DNA from: Candidatus Woesebacteria bacterium GW2011_GWB1_38_8b | Lineage (GTDB): Bacteria; Patescibacteriota; Microgenomatia; UBA8517 | DNA length: 64,000 nt | Direction of reading: 5' to 3' | Assembly (NCBI GenBank): GCA_000993115.1 | Contig: LBVN01000001.1 | Location: 19,924 to 83,923, forward strand | Part shown: one piece after another, positions 18,936-29,568 of the stretch | Position numbering within the stretch: position 1 is the stretch's first letter | How the letters are laid out: each line of letters opens with the position of its first letter | The notes under the pieces: model-generated | The model's database searches: none | Told to the model about the DNA's origin: nothing | What the model saw: only the letters and a program-made list of their open reading frames with translations | Made by a program: the position numbers and the translations under genes

Positions 18936-21926
18936 TTAGATTATATAATTATTAACCCAGATTACATAGTCAGCTCCATCTACTCTTCCAGAGTTGTCAA
19001 AATCGCCATCACGAAAGCCTGTTGAAGTGTTTTGATTAAAATGGTTTAGCCAAATTATATAATCCGCTCCATCAACTCTTCCATCTCCGTTTGCGTCTCC
19101 TAGAATAACTACCGGAGTTGGTGTTTGGGTTACGGTAGGTGTGGACCCGCTGTTTGATGGCGCCTCAATCGCAGCTACCAAGTTTTGTATATAGTACATA
19201 TCACCACGCTCCCATGCAGGAACATCTAGGTACTTAATTAATTCTTCCCTTGATTCATTTCTGATCCAGGCTTTGGCTAAAAATAAGGCGTGATAATTAT
19301 GAAAGTGCTCTGTGCTTGATTCACCCATATCATTTTCAAAACGATTAACAAACCAATATTGGTTGAGGTATAAGTATTCGTCGAGGGCCTGATTAACCTT
19401 GGTGGAAATATTATTGGCCAGATAATCAGCCAATTCCGGGGTAAGCCAAAGGAAATTGGCCGAAGTGTCCATCTTGTGTTGGACTCTCATATCGGGGTAA
19501 GCATATGATTCTTTAGTAAAGGCCGATGCCCGCCAAGACAATAAGCGGTTGAGTTCTGTTTGAACACTGTTTCTGAATGTAGCGTCAGCGGGTGGTGATC
19601 CTGCCATTGTATATAGTCCCAAATAACCATAATATCCTGCTATCCAGGAATTAATGTTATAAGGCGTCGTCGTCATCACGTTGGTATCTGTTGTTGCCGG
19701 AACTTGTGTCTTACTCCGAGCCACTTGGTATAACTCCGAAATCGGGGGACGTGAACTTTCGGGAACATTTTGGGCATATTTCCAGATGCCATAAATACTA
19801 TGTTGTGGATATTGCCAACTATGACCCGAGGCGGTTTGGCTTTTCCCAAAATTGGCATAATCGGCCGTAATTTCGGGGGGTAGGGAAATAGGTTGACGGT
19901 CAGCACCTTCGGCAAAGCCGCGAGTTGCGTATGCAGTAGGGTAAAAGTACATCGACCATTCTTCTCGAATATAATTTGCCAGGCTGGTTTTGGAGCCGGA
20001 GGAGAGATAAGGGTAGGCCTGAGCAAGGGCCAATAAAGTATCACCAGGGAAAGTAAAGTAATTAAAAATCTGACCCCATTGGGCTAATAATTGATTTTGG
20101 ACATGGTAACCTGCTTTTAAATGACCAGCATTTATCATTTTCATAATTTCATTTTCCAAAAGAGCAGTAAGATTCGGTTGTACAACCGCCGACTGAGTAT
20201 TTTGTATCGGTAAATATGTTTCCTTCCCTTGAGCAGTTCCCGGACCAAGGGCGATAATCGCATTTGAACGATGTATAAAAAGTCGTCCATTATGCGGAAT
20301 AAGAGGATTTTGAACACCATGACTATTCATAGATGCATTTGTTGTTTTGACTCCATCATCCGCTGTTCCATACCAATCTTTAGCACCAACATAACTACTT
20401 TGGTGTCGGTCTATTGCTCCACTCATTACCCACCACATTTCATCATATCCAGGTGCTTTACCGCTGCCCGAGAGGGTATACCACCAATATCTGATACCCT
20501 GTTGGCCTGATGTTATAGGAAATGAAATAGCCGGACGGTCACAACATAAGCTCGTGTATACCCGATTCCCCGCCATTGAAATTGACAAAGGTTCATCTAT
20601 GGCATATGAATTACCGTCACTAAAACTTAGTTGTGAGGGAAAATCCAAATTCCAACCCATAACTTGTCCGCGAGAAAATCTGGCCGTAAAATACGCTAAA
20701 TTATTAGGTCCGATTGCTGGTGGAAACATTGGCCCTGATTCGGCTCTCCAGTACAAAAGTGGAATATATTCCCGCAAGCCGTCTCCATCAGAATCAAAAG
20801 TAAACTCCATACCATCATTCTGATTGATCACATAATATTCCCGTCTCCAAGGCTTGTGACCATATCTATTTCGACCAACGGGGTCATTTTGAATCTCCTC
20901 AGGTGTTGGCTGTTCTAAATATTCCCTTGCATACTGGGTATCAGTTACGCTGTATCCACCAGACCAGGATGTCGGAGGTAAAATTTCACCGACCGAGTCA
21001 ACTCCTGATGTATTGTTACCAGGATTTATTGCGTTTATTGCAGCTCTTTCTGCCCCGTTGAAGTCGGTGTAACTTGTGCCATCAGGAGCAATTATTGAAC
21101 TAGCTCCTGGACGGGAACCGTCCTTAATGTCTGAAGATTTAGAAACAATAATTTTGTCCCGATATATAACTGGCCAATAGGCCATGAAAGGATCACCTTG
21201 CCACTGGCCAGAAATCCAACGTGCTTGACCTTGAGTATTACTAGTATTCACATTTAAGGCATAGAGACGGTTGTTCATTGCAGTTGTATAAACCACTCCA
21301 TCTTTATAGGCTGCTGACATAATGATTGAACTGTTATTTGGTATTGTATATTTCCAAATAACTCTTCCCTGTTGGGGGTGACCATGAGCACCAATCGCAT
21401 AGAAATTTCCGTCTCTGTTACCTACCAAAATCACGGGTTGATTATTTGTATAACTGTCTTTAATCACAATTGGATTAACACTATATCCCGCCTGTGCATC
21501 ATTAAAAGACCAAAGCATTTGGCCTGTAGCAGCATCCAAACAATAAAGTTTTTTGTCATGATTACCTACATAAACCTTTCCTTCAAATATAGTAGGAGAG
21601 TGTCCCATTGGAAGCCCCGTATCAAAATGCCAAACAGTACTGCCATTGGCGGCATTTAAAGCATATAAACCCTTCCCTGTAGAAACGTAGATAATATTAT
21701 TATATGTGACCAACTGGACATGTTGAGGAATATAGGCTTCTATAGGCCTATACCATTCTACAATCAAATTACCATCGACTTGTGTATTTACCCAACTGGT
21801 ACGTGACGGGTTTGCCCCCGCCATATACCAATCGGATGATGTTTGAGCCAAAGATTCGGCGGTTACTGTCAGCAATAAACAAAAAGAAACCAAAACTGAC
21901 AGATACCATTTCTTAAACATAACCAT
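18936..21926 (-). CDS. Secreted PQQ-repeat beta-propeller dockerin protein (family C, copy 2)
   Basis: Collinear with 15931..18924 throughout. Dockerin at the C-terminus. Confidence 0.6.
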   Translation of the reverse strand: MVMFKKWYLSVLVSFCLLLTVTAESLAQTSSDWYMAGANPSRTSWVNTQVDGNLIVEWYRPIEAYIPQHVQLVTYNNIIYVSTGKGLYALNAANGSTVWHFDTGLPMGHSPTIFEGKVYVGNHDKKLYCLDAATGQMLWSFNDAQAGYSVNPIVIKDSYTNNQPVILVGNRDGNFYAIGAHGHPQQGRVIWKYTIPNNSSIIMSAAYKDGVVYTTAMNNRLYALNVNTSNTQGQARWISGQWQGDPFMAYWPVIYRDKIIVSKSSDIKDGSRPGASSIIAPDGTSYTDFNGAERAAINAINPGNNTSGVDSVGEILPPTSWSGGYSVTDTQYAREYLEQPTPEEIQNDPVGRNRYGHKPWRREYYVINQNDGMEFTFDSDGDGLREYIPLLYWRAESGPMFPPAIGPNNLAYFTARFSRGQVMGWNLDFPSQLSFSDGNSYAIDEPLSISMAGNRVYTSLCCDRPAISFPITSGQQGIRYWWYTLSGSGKAPGYDEMWWVMSGAIDRHQSSYVGAKDWYGTADDGVKTTNASMNSHGVQNPLIPHNGRLFIHRSNAIIALGPGTAQGKETYLPIQNTQSAVVQPNLTALLENEIMKMINAGHLKAGYHVQNQLLAQWGQIFNYFTFPGDTLLALAQAYPYLSSGSKTSLANYIREEWSMYFYPTAYATRGFAEGADRQPISLPPEITADYANFGKSQTASGHSWQYPQHSIYGIWKYAQNVPESSRPPISELYQVARSKTQVPATTDTNVMTTTPYNINSWIAGYYGYLGLYTMAGSPPADATFRNSVQTELNRLLSWRASAFTKESYAYPDMRVQHKMDTSANFLWLTPELADYLANNISTKVNQALDEYLYLNQYWFVNRFENDMGESSTEHFHNYHALFLAKAWIRNESREELIKYLDVPAWERGDMYYIQNLVAAIEAPSNSGSTPTVTQTPTPVVILGDANGDGRVDGADYIIWLNHFNQNTSTGFRDGDFDNSGRVDGADYVIWVNNYII

Positions 21927-21964
21927 TTATATCAAAATATGTGAGCTAAAGAAAGTAAAGATTA

Positions 21965-24900
21965 CTATGAAGTGTAGTTTGTAATCCAAATTACATAATC
22001 AGCGCCATTTGTTACTCTATCGTTGTTAAAATCACCATCACGCGCTCCATTTCCCGTGTTTTGGTTAAAGTGAGAAAGCCAAATTACGTAGTCCACTCCA
22101 TCAACGCGGCCGTCACTATTTGCGTCACCGGGTATAGGTATTGGAGTCGCTGTAGGTCCACCTGATGATGGAGCCTCAATTGCCGTAACAAGATTCTGAA
22201 TGTAAAACAAGTCTCCCCGCTCAAATGCGGGTACGTCTAGGTATTTTACTAACTCCTCACGGCGTTCTTTTAATAACCAGGCTTTTGCTTGAAAAAGCGG
22301 TCCATAGTTCCAGAGGGTTGAGTGAGAAGATTCTCCCATGTCGTTTTCAAAACGCGAAACGAACCAATACTGGTTTAAATACTGAATTTCAGTCATAGCT
22401 TGATTTATCTTGTCGGGGATTTGTTGGACTAAATAATCTGCAAGTTCTTGAGTCATCCATATATAGTTTCGGGGTGTATCCAATTTATGTTGAACTGAAC
22501 GATCATAGGCATATGAAGAGTCTTTTGAAAAGACTTGTGTGCGCATTGGCAGGATTCGGTCAAGATTTGTTCGTGCTGTTGTACAAGAAGTTTGCTCAGT
22601 TGATGGTAAGTCAGTACAAGCCGAATTAGAACCAAGATTGTAAGTTAATCTTTGAAGATTAAGATAACCAATATACCCTCCAATCCATCCATTATGTTCG
22701 TACGGAAACTGAGTAAAATACTCTTCCAGAGTTGCGTAATATTGAACAGGCGGGTTAGGAACCGCTCGTACTTTAGATTTCGCTATCTGGTAAAGCCGTT
22801 GGTTTGAAAGACGCTGGGACTCGGGAACATTTTGAGCGTATTTCCAGAGAGCATAAAGGTTTATTTGAGGATACTGCCACAAGGCCGCATTGGTATTTAA
22901 AACTTTAGGAAAATTTGTAAAATCCCTCTCAACTTCAGGGGCTTGTGGAACCGGATGACGGGATACACCTTCAGTCCACCCACGAGTGGAGTAAGCTGCA
23001 GAATCCCAGTAGGCTGTAACTTCTTGGGAGAGATATTGAGCAAGTTGGCTTTTAAGATTATCAGAAATATGCGGATAAGCCAGTGATAAAGCCAATAAAG
23101 TATCCCCTGGATTTTCAAAATATGTTGTAAGGTTTCCAAAAAGTGACAACGCAAACTGTCCCTGAACATGATATCCAGGTTTTAGTAATCCTGCTGATAT
23201 CATTTTCTGCACCTCTTGATCTAATTTTGATGTCAAATTCGGAACCTTAACGCTTGAGGTAGCAGTGGTAACTGGTAGATATGGAATTTTACCTAAAGGG
23301 GTACTAGTCCCAAGGGCAACAATTGCATTTGATCGATGAATAAAAAGCTTCCCGCGATGGGGAACAAGCGAATTTTGTGAACCGTGACTATTATATGTAG
23401 CGTTCATGGTTTTAATTCCATCTGAAGAAGTTCCGTACCAATCAAGTGCTCCAACATAAGTAGATTGATGACGATCGATTGCAACAGGCATAACATACCA
23501 CATTTCATCATATCCGGGAGCTTTGCCGCTTCCGCCTAATGTATATCGCCAAAAAGAAAATGGGCTAAACAAACTACCTAAACTGCGGTCTGTAGGAATA
23601 GAAAAAATTAGACGATCGCAACAAAGGCTGGTAAATAGTAGTCTCCCGCCCATGCTAATAGCATTGGGTTCATCACGCGCATAATTCTCGTTATCAGCAT
23701 ATGCCAACATATTTGGAAAACTTGGATTCCAAGCACTTACATAACCCCTAACGCTACCATTGGGGGGAGTACCAAAATAATTTGCCCCGGGTATATAAAG
23801 AAGTCCATTTCCACCAACGGCGGGTGGGTACATAGGACCAGACTCGGCTCTCCACAAAAGAACTGGTAAATATTCAGCTAATCCATCATTATCAGAATCC
23901 CATGTATATTCACTACCATCAGATTGATTAATAACAAAATATTGACGGCGCCAAGGTTTGTGACCATAACGATTCATCCCCGCCGGATCTGAAATACGCT
24001 CCGCTTCGGTTGGCTCCTCCAGATATTCTCGAGCATAGATCATATCAACAACACTATATCCCCCAGACCAGGATTGAGGACCTAGATTTGTTCCAAGGGT
24101 TCCATCCGGACTTAAACCCGCAACATCACGTCTCTCGGCATGGCCGGTTTGCTGACCTCCTGTAGCATTCAAAGACGCCGAACCTGGACGATTACCATCG
24201 CGGTATGACTCAGATTTCCCAAAAACAACTTTATCCCTGAATACCACAGGCCAATAAGAAGCATAAGGTTCTCCCAGCTGTGGCAAAGTGACCCAAACAT
24301 CACGATCACTCGCTGACGGGCTCACTCTTAACGCATAAAACCGATTTAGTAAATCGGAAAAATAAATTATACCGTTGGCATATGCAGCCGAAGTCGTTAA
24401 TGGACTACCCGCACTATATCTCCAAACCACCTGACCCGCTTGGGGATGTCCTTGTCCTCCAATAGCATAAAAATAGCCATCACGATTACCTACTAATACT
24501 AAAGTCTGGTTATTTGTATTTTGGTCACGAATAACAATAGGGTTTGCACTAAAACCTCCGTCAGCCTCATGGGACCACAATTTGACGCCACTGTTTGCAT
24601 TGAGTGCGTAAAGCTGATGATCAAAACCACCAACATAAACTATCCCATCAAATACTGTTGGTGAATTACCTAATGGTAACTGAGTATTAAAAGTCCATAC
24701 AGTTTGTCCGTTATTGGCATTTAGTGCGTATAGCCCTCGTCCCGTTGAGACATAAACAATATCATTAACCGTCACCAATTGAACATGTTGAGGAATATAA
24801 GCCTCGATCGGACGGTACCATAATACATAATTGCCATCAAAGTGGTTGGGGAAAGTGGGTTCTTCGCTAACCCAACTGGTTCTTGCCGGGTTTGCTCCAG

Positions 24901-25012
24901 CCATATACCAATCTGAGGATGTTTGGGCATACGAAGTATCAATTCCAAAAGCGGATAAAAAAGATAACAAACCAACTATGACAGAAAGCGCTATTTTCAC
25001 CCTCATGTACAT
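21965..25012 (-). CDS. Secreted PQQ-repeat beta-propeller dockerin protein (family C, copy 3)
   Basis: Collinear with the two downstream copies. Dockerin at the C-terminus. Confidence 0.6.
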   Translation of the reverse strand: MYMRVKIALSVIVGLLSFLSAFGIDTSYAQTSSDWYMAGANPARTSWVSEEPTFPNHFDGNYVLWYRPIEAYIPQHVQLVTVNDIVYVSTGRGLYALNANNGQTVWTFNTQLPLGNSPTVFDGIVYVGGFDHQLYALNANSGVKLWSHEADGGFSANPIVIRDQNTNNQTLVLVGNRDGYFYAIGGQGHPQAGQVVWRYSAGSPLTTSAAYANGIIYFSDLLNRFYALRVSPSASDRDVWVTLPQLGEPYASYWPVVFRDKVVFGKSESYRDGNRPGSASLNATGGQQTGHAERRDVAGLSPDGTLGTNLGPQSWSGGYSVVDMIYAREYLEEPTEAERISDPAGMNRYGHKPWRRQYFVINQSDGSEYTWDSDNDGLAEYLPVLLWRAESGPMYPPAVGGNGLLYIPGANYFGTPPNGSVRGYVSAWNPSFPNMLAYADNENYARDEPNAISMGGRLLFTSLCCDRLIFSIPTDRSLGSLFSPFSFWRYTLGGSGKAPGYDEMWYVMPVAIDRHQSTYVGALDWYGTSSDGIKTMNATYNSHGSQNSLVPHRGKLFIHRSNAIVALGTSTPLGKIPYLPVTTATSSVKVPNLTSKLDQEVQKMISAGLLKPGYHVQGQFALSLFGNLTTYFENPGDTLLALSLAYPHISDNLKSQLAQYLSQEVTAYWDSAAYSTRGWTEGVSRHPVPQAPEVERDFTNFPKVLNTNAALWQYPQINLYALWKYAQNVPESQRLSNQRLYQIAKSKVRAVPNPPVQYYATLEEYFTQFPYEHNGWIGGYIGYLNLQRLTYNLGSNSACTDLPSTEQTSCTTARTNLDRILPMRTQVFSKDSSYAYDRSVQHKLDTPRNYIWMTQELADYLVQQIPDKINQAMTEIQYLNQYWFVSRFENDMGESSHSTLWNYGPLFQAKAWLLKERREELVKYLDVPAFERGDLFYIQNLVTAIEAPSSGGPTATPIPIPGDANSDGRVDGVDYVIWLSHFNQNTGNGARDGDFNNDRVTNGADYVIWITNYTS

Positions 25013-25062
25013 AATCTCACTTTACAATAATATGAAGCTGAATGAAATACCAAAAACTGCAC

Positions 25063-27666
25063 TCATATATAATTGGTTAACCAAATAACATAGTCTGCAC
25101 CGTCAACTCTCCCATTATTATTAAAATCACCATTACTTGCCCCCCCAACGTTTTGGTTGTAGTGGTTTAACCAAATAACATAGTCTGCACCGTCAACCTT
25201 TCCATCCCCGTTTGCGTCTCCGGGAAACACCGTCTGTGTGGGTGTGATTGTTTGAGTGGTAGTTGGGGTCGTAATGGAAATTGTGTGATTACCTTCTGCC
25301 ACCCTTATTCTTACAAAACCATTACCAGACGTAAGAACTGTTGGACTCAAATTATCTATCAATAATCCCATAATTCCCGGATAGTATATAGTAATATCAT
25401 TCTCACTCCCCGAATAAAATTTCCCATTAGTGCCTTTTAAGTGGATGCTTAAATCCTGAGTGGATTCAAAACCTATTCTTTCTGAGCCGTAAGAAAACGA
25501 CCTTCCTTTCCTGACGAAATAAAAATTAAGCGACTGGTTATTTTTTCTGAAAATTGCTGCGGGTCCTTGAAAACTTGCTCCCTGATAAGTTATGAGGTTG
25601 TTTCCTTTTGATTCCAGAAGGAAATCATTGACTCCGCCTCCATGGATCAACTCTGCTCCACTATAATTATTACCCTGAAGTCTGTTCATTTGGGGTTTAA
25701 GATGGTTTGCATCTGTTGGAAAAAGGACAGTCACAATATTTTTCTTATTGTCCGAATCCAACTGATATGTTGAAAAGAGATATTTACCAATTATTGATTT
25801 TCTCTCGTCGTAATTATCCCAATGACATAAAACTCCATTTAAAATATCCACCTGTTGCGGTTGCGTTCCAAGAAATAACGAAATTCCTGCCATAGAATTA
25901 TTAAACACGTTTGTTCCAAGCGGTGCCAAATATTCAGCTTTATCAGTTACAACAGAAGTGGTTTCTGAATTCGGGTGCAATACAATATTGGTAACTCCCG
26001 ACGAGGTTGCAGTTACTTCATCAAATAATGCAAAATAACCGTTTTTTGAGTCCTGTGGATGAATAAAGACAAAATTTCTGATATGAGTACCATTTGGTAA
26101 TGCGGATCCAGAATTTCCTGAAGCATAATCAAAAAGACCACCAGTAATTCCCTCAATAATCCCCAAACCGGATTTTCCCTGATGATCATTTACGTTACTA
26201 GGGTCGAGAGGGTTTCCTATTTGATAATTTATTAACGCAGTATTATTTGATACGGCTCTATGGCTTAGGTAATTAGGAGTATAACGCTGATTTTGTGGTA
26301 GGTAGTCCGGACAACTATCCGCTCCGGCGTTTGTGCTCGCACCACCAAATCCCCCATTCACCAACAATGGCTCTCCATAACCAGCAATATAAACTGAATT
26401 AATATCGTCATGCATATGAAACTCGGGGCTGTTCGGATTTGGGATGTTAACATTCCAAAGCACTCCATACAAACTACCATCAACAGAGTTAGATTCAAGA
26501 AAAAAGGATCCTCCGTTAGGGAAAATCCTGCTTTCCGGTTTTTGGGCAACAGAATTATCTCTTAACAAAACATAATTAATTAATCTACCCTTAAAACCCA
26601 AGTCTAAATCAGGTCGTAATCTACTAGCCGTTTGCCATTTCCAGTATGCATATTGTCCTGCGAGATTCGAATATTGATTAGCCCCCGCGATATGCGCACT
26701 CTCTATTAGCCTTGATCCATTGCCAAAAGACCATAGCGGATAATAGTCCGAAGTATCACCAAAAGATGCTTCAACAGCGAATGGTGTACTGGCATATCCA
26801 TACAACCACTCATGCAGATTTTTAAATCTTGAATTGTTATAATATCTGTTATCGACACCCGTAAATTCCAATACATCTGGAAGCATTGTTCTCTCGTCTC
26901 GATTGTGTCCCCAGGCTACATATCCATACCCAGGACCTTCGTAGTAGACTCCATCCGGACTAATACGTGCGACCAACTCTGGCATAAATCCTGTAATCGG
27001 GCGACTATCTCCCGGACGTCTGCCTCCATTTAATAAAACCCGGATATATGGATCGTCTCCCTTTTTACCAAGATATAAGCTCCAAATAATTTGCGTACTT
27101 TCCCAAAGCGGGGGTTTATCTGAAAACGCGTTATAGTAATGATTGTATTCTTGGGTTAGCCAGTACTCACTGTCCAACAAATCCTGACTGTTAAGAGAAT
27201 CATGTATTACATCCAAAGCTAAAATACTATGAAAGAACGCAGTGGCAGGATAAACATATGCGTCTTGAGAATAGACAATATTTCCATCTGGAGGGTGTTG
27301 GAAATTTAATATATCACTCCATTTTGGATAACTTTCCACCAGTTTTTGTTTATAAACTTCTTGATTATTTTGATCCAAAATAAAAGCCAAACTACAAGAA
27401 CTCATAATATCTCGCATGGTAAAGCTTTTTTTACTTCCAATAGGAGGATTGGAAAGATCGTAAACAGTATTTTGACAAGTAGCTACGGCGTCATCCTTCA
27501 TCTCTCTCCAAGGGGACTGTAAAGTTCGGTTTCTCAAAGATGCAAAATCACTCGCTTTAACAATTAAAAATGGGTGCTGAGTCTGTGCAAAAGCTTTCTG
27601 AGGGATTTTAACCAAAAAAATTGACGTTAAAATAATTGACAATAATAACTTACATGTCATCTTCAC
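25063..27666 (-). CDS. Secreted polysaccharide-lyase-like protein (alginate-lyase/heparinase II-III-like N-terminal alpha-toroid plus beta-sandwich) with a C-terminal dockerin
   Basis: Signal peptide ...AFAQT. The N-terminus HPFLIVKASDFASLRNR resembles the start of heparinase II/III-like lyases. Dockerin FPGDANGDGKVDGADYVIWLNHYNQN...NGDFNNNGRVDGADYVIWLTNY. Confidence 0.4.
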   Translation of the reverse strand: MKMTCKLLLSIILTSIFLVKIPQKAFAQTQHPFLIVKASDFASLRNRTLQSPWREMKDDAVATCQNTVYDLSNPPIGSKKSFTMRDIMSSCSLAFILDQNNQEVYKQKLVESYPKWSDILNFQHPPDGNIVYSQDAYVYPATAFFHSILALDVIHDSLNSQDLLDSEYWLTQEYNHYYNAFSDKPPLWESTQIIWSLYLGKKGDDPYIRVLLNGGRRPGDSRPITGFMPELVARISPDGVYYEGPGYGYVAWGHNRDERTMLPDVLEFTGVDNRYYNNSRFKNLHEWLYGYASTPFAVEASFGDTSDYYPLWSFGNGSRLIESAHIAGANQYSNLAGQYAYWKWQTASRLRPDLDLGFKGRLINYVLLRDNSVAQKPESRIFPNGGSFFLESNSVDGSLYGVLWNVNIPNPNSPEFHMHDDINSVYIAGYGEPLLVNGGFGGASTNAGADSCPDYLPQNQRYTPNYLSHRAVSNNTALINYQIGNPLDPSNVNDHQGKSGLGIIEGITGGLFDYASGNSGSALPNGTHIRNFVFIHPQDSKNGYFALFDEVTATSSGVTNIVLHPNSETTSVVTDKAEYLAPLGTNVFNNSMAGISLFLGTQPQQVDILNGVLCHWDNYDERKSIIGKYLFSTYQLDSDNKKNIVTVLFPTDANHLKPQMNRLQGNNYSGAELIHGGGVNDFLLESKGNNLITYQGASFQGPAAIFRKNNQSLNFYFVRKGRSFSYGSERIGFESTQDLSIHLKGTNGKFYSGSENDITIYYPGIMGLLIDNLSPTVLTSGNGFVRIRVAEGNHTISITTPTTTQTITPTQTVFPGDANGDGKVDGADYVIWLNHYNQNVGGASNGDFNNNGRVDGADYVIWLTNYI

Positions 27667-27747
27667 ATTACTATTTTACAATGTTATATGAAAAATAAAT
27701 AACTCTGTTTCCAACTAAGAGGTCAAAGGATTCACTGAATTCTTTAC

Positions 27748-29568
27748 TTAAACTGTCTGGAAGTTGTTAAGCCAGATTATATAATCCGCTCCATCAACCA
27801 CTCCAGAATTATTAAAGTCACCATTTGCAGGACCAGTGACATTTTGGTTGTAGTGCGTAAGCCAAATTACATAATCAGCTCCATCTACTTCTCCATCACC
27901 ATTTGCATCCCCAGGGATAGGAAGTGGGGTAGGTGTTATCGTGGTAGGAGACTGATCCTGATAAGCACCAATTCCAAATTCCATTGGTGAAGTACCAGCT
28001 TCGTGAGCACCCATGTCAGGTGCTAAACCAGTGTATCCACCGTTGAAGTTTGGTAAAACTATCGCCTTATCATAACCGCCACTAGTCGGACTTAAATAAA
28101 ATGATCCCAAACCGTTTGCCCGATCAAAATTCTGTGTCGCAAAATCGGGATCTGTGAATTTTAAACTATGCAATGGAACATAATCGACGTTATTAAGAAT
28201 AATTTTGCCATTATAAAAATCGTAATCAATATCATAGTTTTGTATACCTCCACTATCCCGGATACTATTCCAATAAATACTTCTGATTTGAAAAATGTTG
28301 TTACGAGTAACTACATTGGACATATCGCCACCAGAGTCAAGAATACCACCAGTCACACCGTTCGGTTGCAAAGTGGTATTATGAAAAATATAAACTCTAC
28401 CACCACCTTCACCACCCTTAGTAAAATTGTCTCCTCCAGTTTGTCCAGAACCTTTATCTGCGCTCCCGCTGACATTGCGGAAGATATAGAGTGGGCCAAT
28501 ATAGTTACCTGCATGAGAAATTTTGACGTAGGTCTTTTCAATATAATTTTCCCAAATTCTCACATTTCGCCCTTGTCCATCGGCCTCAATTGCGTCATCC
28601 CAACAATTTGCCAGATAGTTACCATAAATATCGGTATCAGGGCCGGGAAAACCAGTGCACTGCGACAAATTCCCACATTGTGTCTGAAAGTTTGCCCCCG
28701 CCCCTAAAATGTCATTATAATAGTTGCCATTATCCGAATATATTTCGTTATATCGAATAATATGATTACCTCCACTATTGAAAAGCACAATTCCCTGTGG
28801 TCCAGATGGATGCCCTGTCGACCAATCGTTTGAACTAAATCTTGGGTTAAATATTTTATTTCGCTGGATGATAATTCGTTTTAAATTAGGATTAGTCTGA
28901 CTATAATTACCTCCACCGAAAATCGCACCCTGAAAATTTGCCCCTGTCCCCCAATTTGAAAGTTCGTTGTTCTCAATTACCACGTCATGAACATCGGGAT
29001 TTAAATATACAACACCATAAATCCCTCCGACCAGTTTAAGACCTCTGATAATTACATAAGATGCATTAACATTAACTACATAATTTTGACTGTTCTGAAC
29101 ATCTATTGTAATAGATTTTCCAGGCTCGGGAGTATAAATAGAGTAACCATTCGAAGTACCCGAGTCGCTGACTGTTAAAGTATTTGAAGAACTAGCATCC
29201 AAATAATGTATTTTGTTTGGGTCAACTGGATAATTATCATTCCAAGTTGTAACTATCAGATTGGTTGAATCATTATCTGAGGCTAAATGAATTTCGTATG
29301 TCGTGTTTGGTATTAAATTAACCAAGCTACCTCGACATTCACCGTTTCGCGAGTCAAACCACAATGGATATCCTTCTTTCCAAGTTGAAGATCCCAGCAT
29401 ACGGTAATTGACCTCACAATCCCCAGTGCTACCTGAGGACCAATAAAGACTAATTGAATTAAAGGTAACTACAGAGTTTGCTGCTGCATATACTTCTGCG
29501 GGTCTTATTAGCTGAAAAACAGAACAAATGAAAACTAAAAATAAAAAATATTTTACGATTTTAACCAT
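27748..29568 (-). CDS. Secreted right-handed parallel beta-helix (pectate-lyase fold) protein with an N-terminal FN3-like module and a C-terminal dockerin
   Basis: PbH1-like repeats (IENNELSNWG, QRNKIFN, RYNEIYS, YGNYLAN, TRNNIFQ). Dockerin IPGDANGDGEVDGADYVIWLTHYNQN...GDFNNSGVVDGADYIIWLNNF. Confidence 0.5.
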   Translation of the reverse strand: MVKIVKYFLFLVFICSVFQLIRPAEVYAAANSVVTFNSISLYWSSGSTGDCEVNYRMLGSSTWKEGYPLWFDSRNGECRGSLVNLIPNTTYEIHLASDNDSTNLIVTTWNDNYPVDPNKIHYLDASSSNTLTVSDSGTSNGYSIYTPEPGKSITIDVQNSQNYVVNVNASYVIIRGLKLVGGIYGVVYLNPDVHDVVIENNELSNWGTGANFQGAIFGGGNYSQTNPNLKRIIIQRNKIFNPRFSSNDWSTGHPSGPQGIVLFNSGGNHIIRYNEIYSDNGNYYNDILGAGANFQTQCGNLSQCTGFPGPDTDIYGNYLANCWDDAIEADGQGRNVRIWENYIEKTYVKISHAGNYIGPLYIFRNVSGSADKGSGQTGGDNFTKGGEGGGRVYIFHNTTLQPNGVTGGILDSGGDMSNVVTRNNIFQIRSIYWNSIRDSGGIQNYDIDYDFYNGKIILNNVDYVPLHSLKFTDPDFATQNFDRANGLGSFYLSPTSGGYDKAIVLPNFNGGYTGLAPDMGAHEAGTSPMEFGIGAYQDQSPTTITPTPLPIPGDANGDGEVDGADYVIWLTHYNQNVTGPANGDFNNSGVVDGADYIIWLNNFQTV

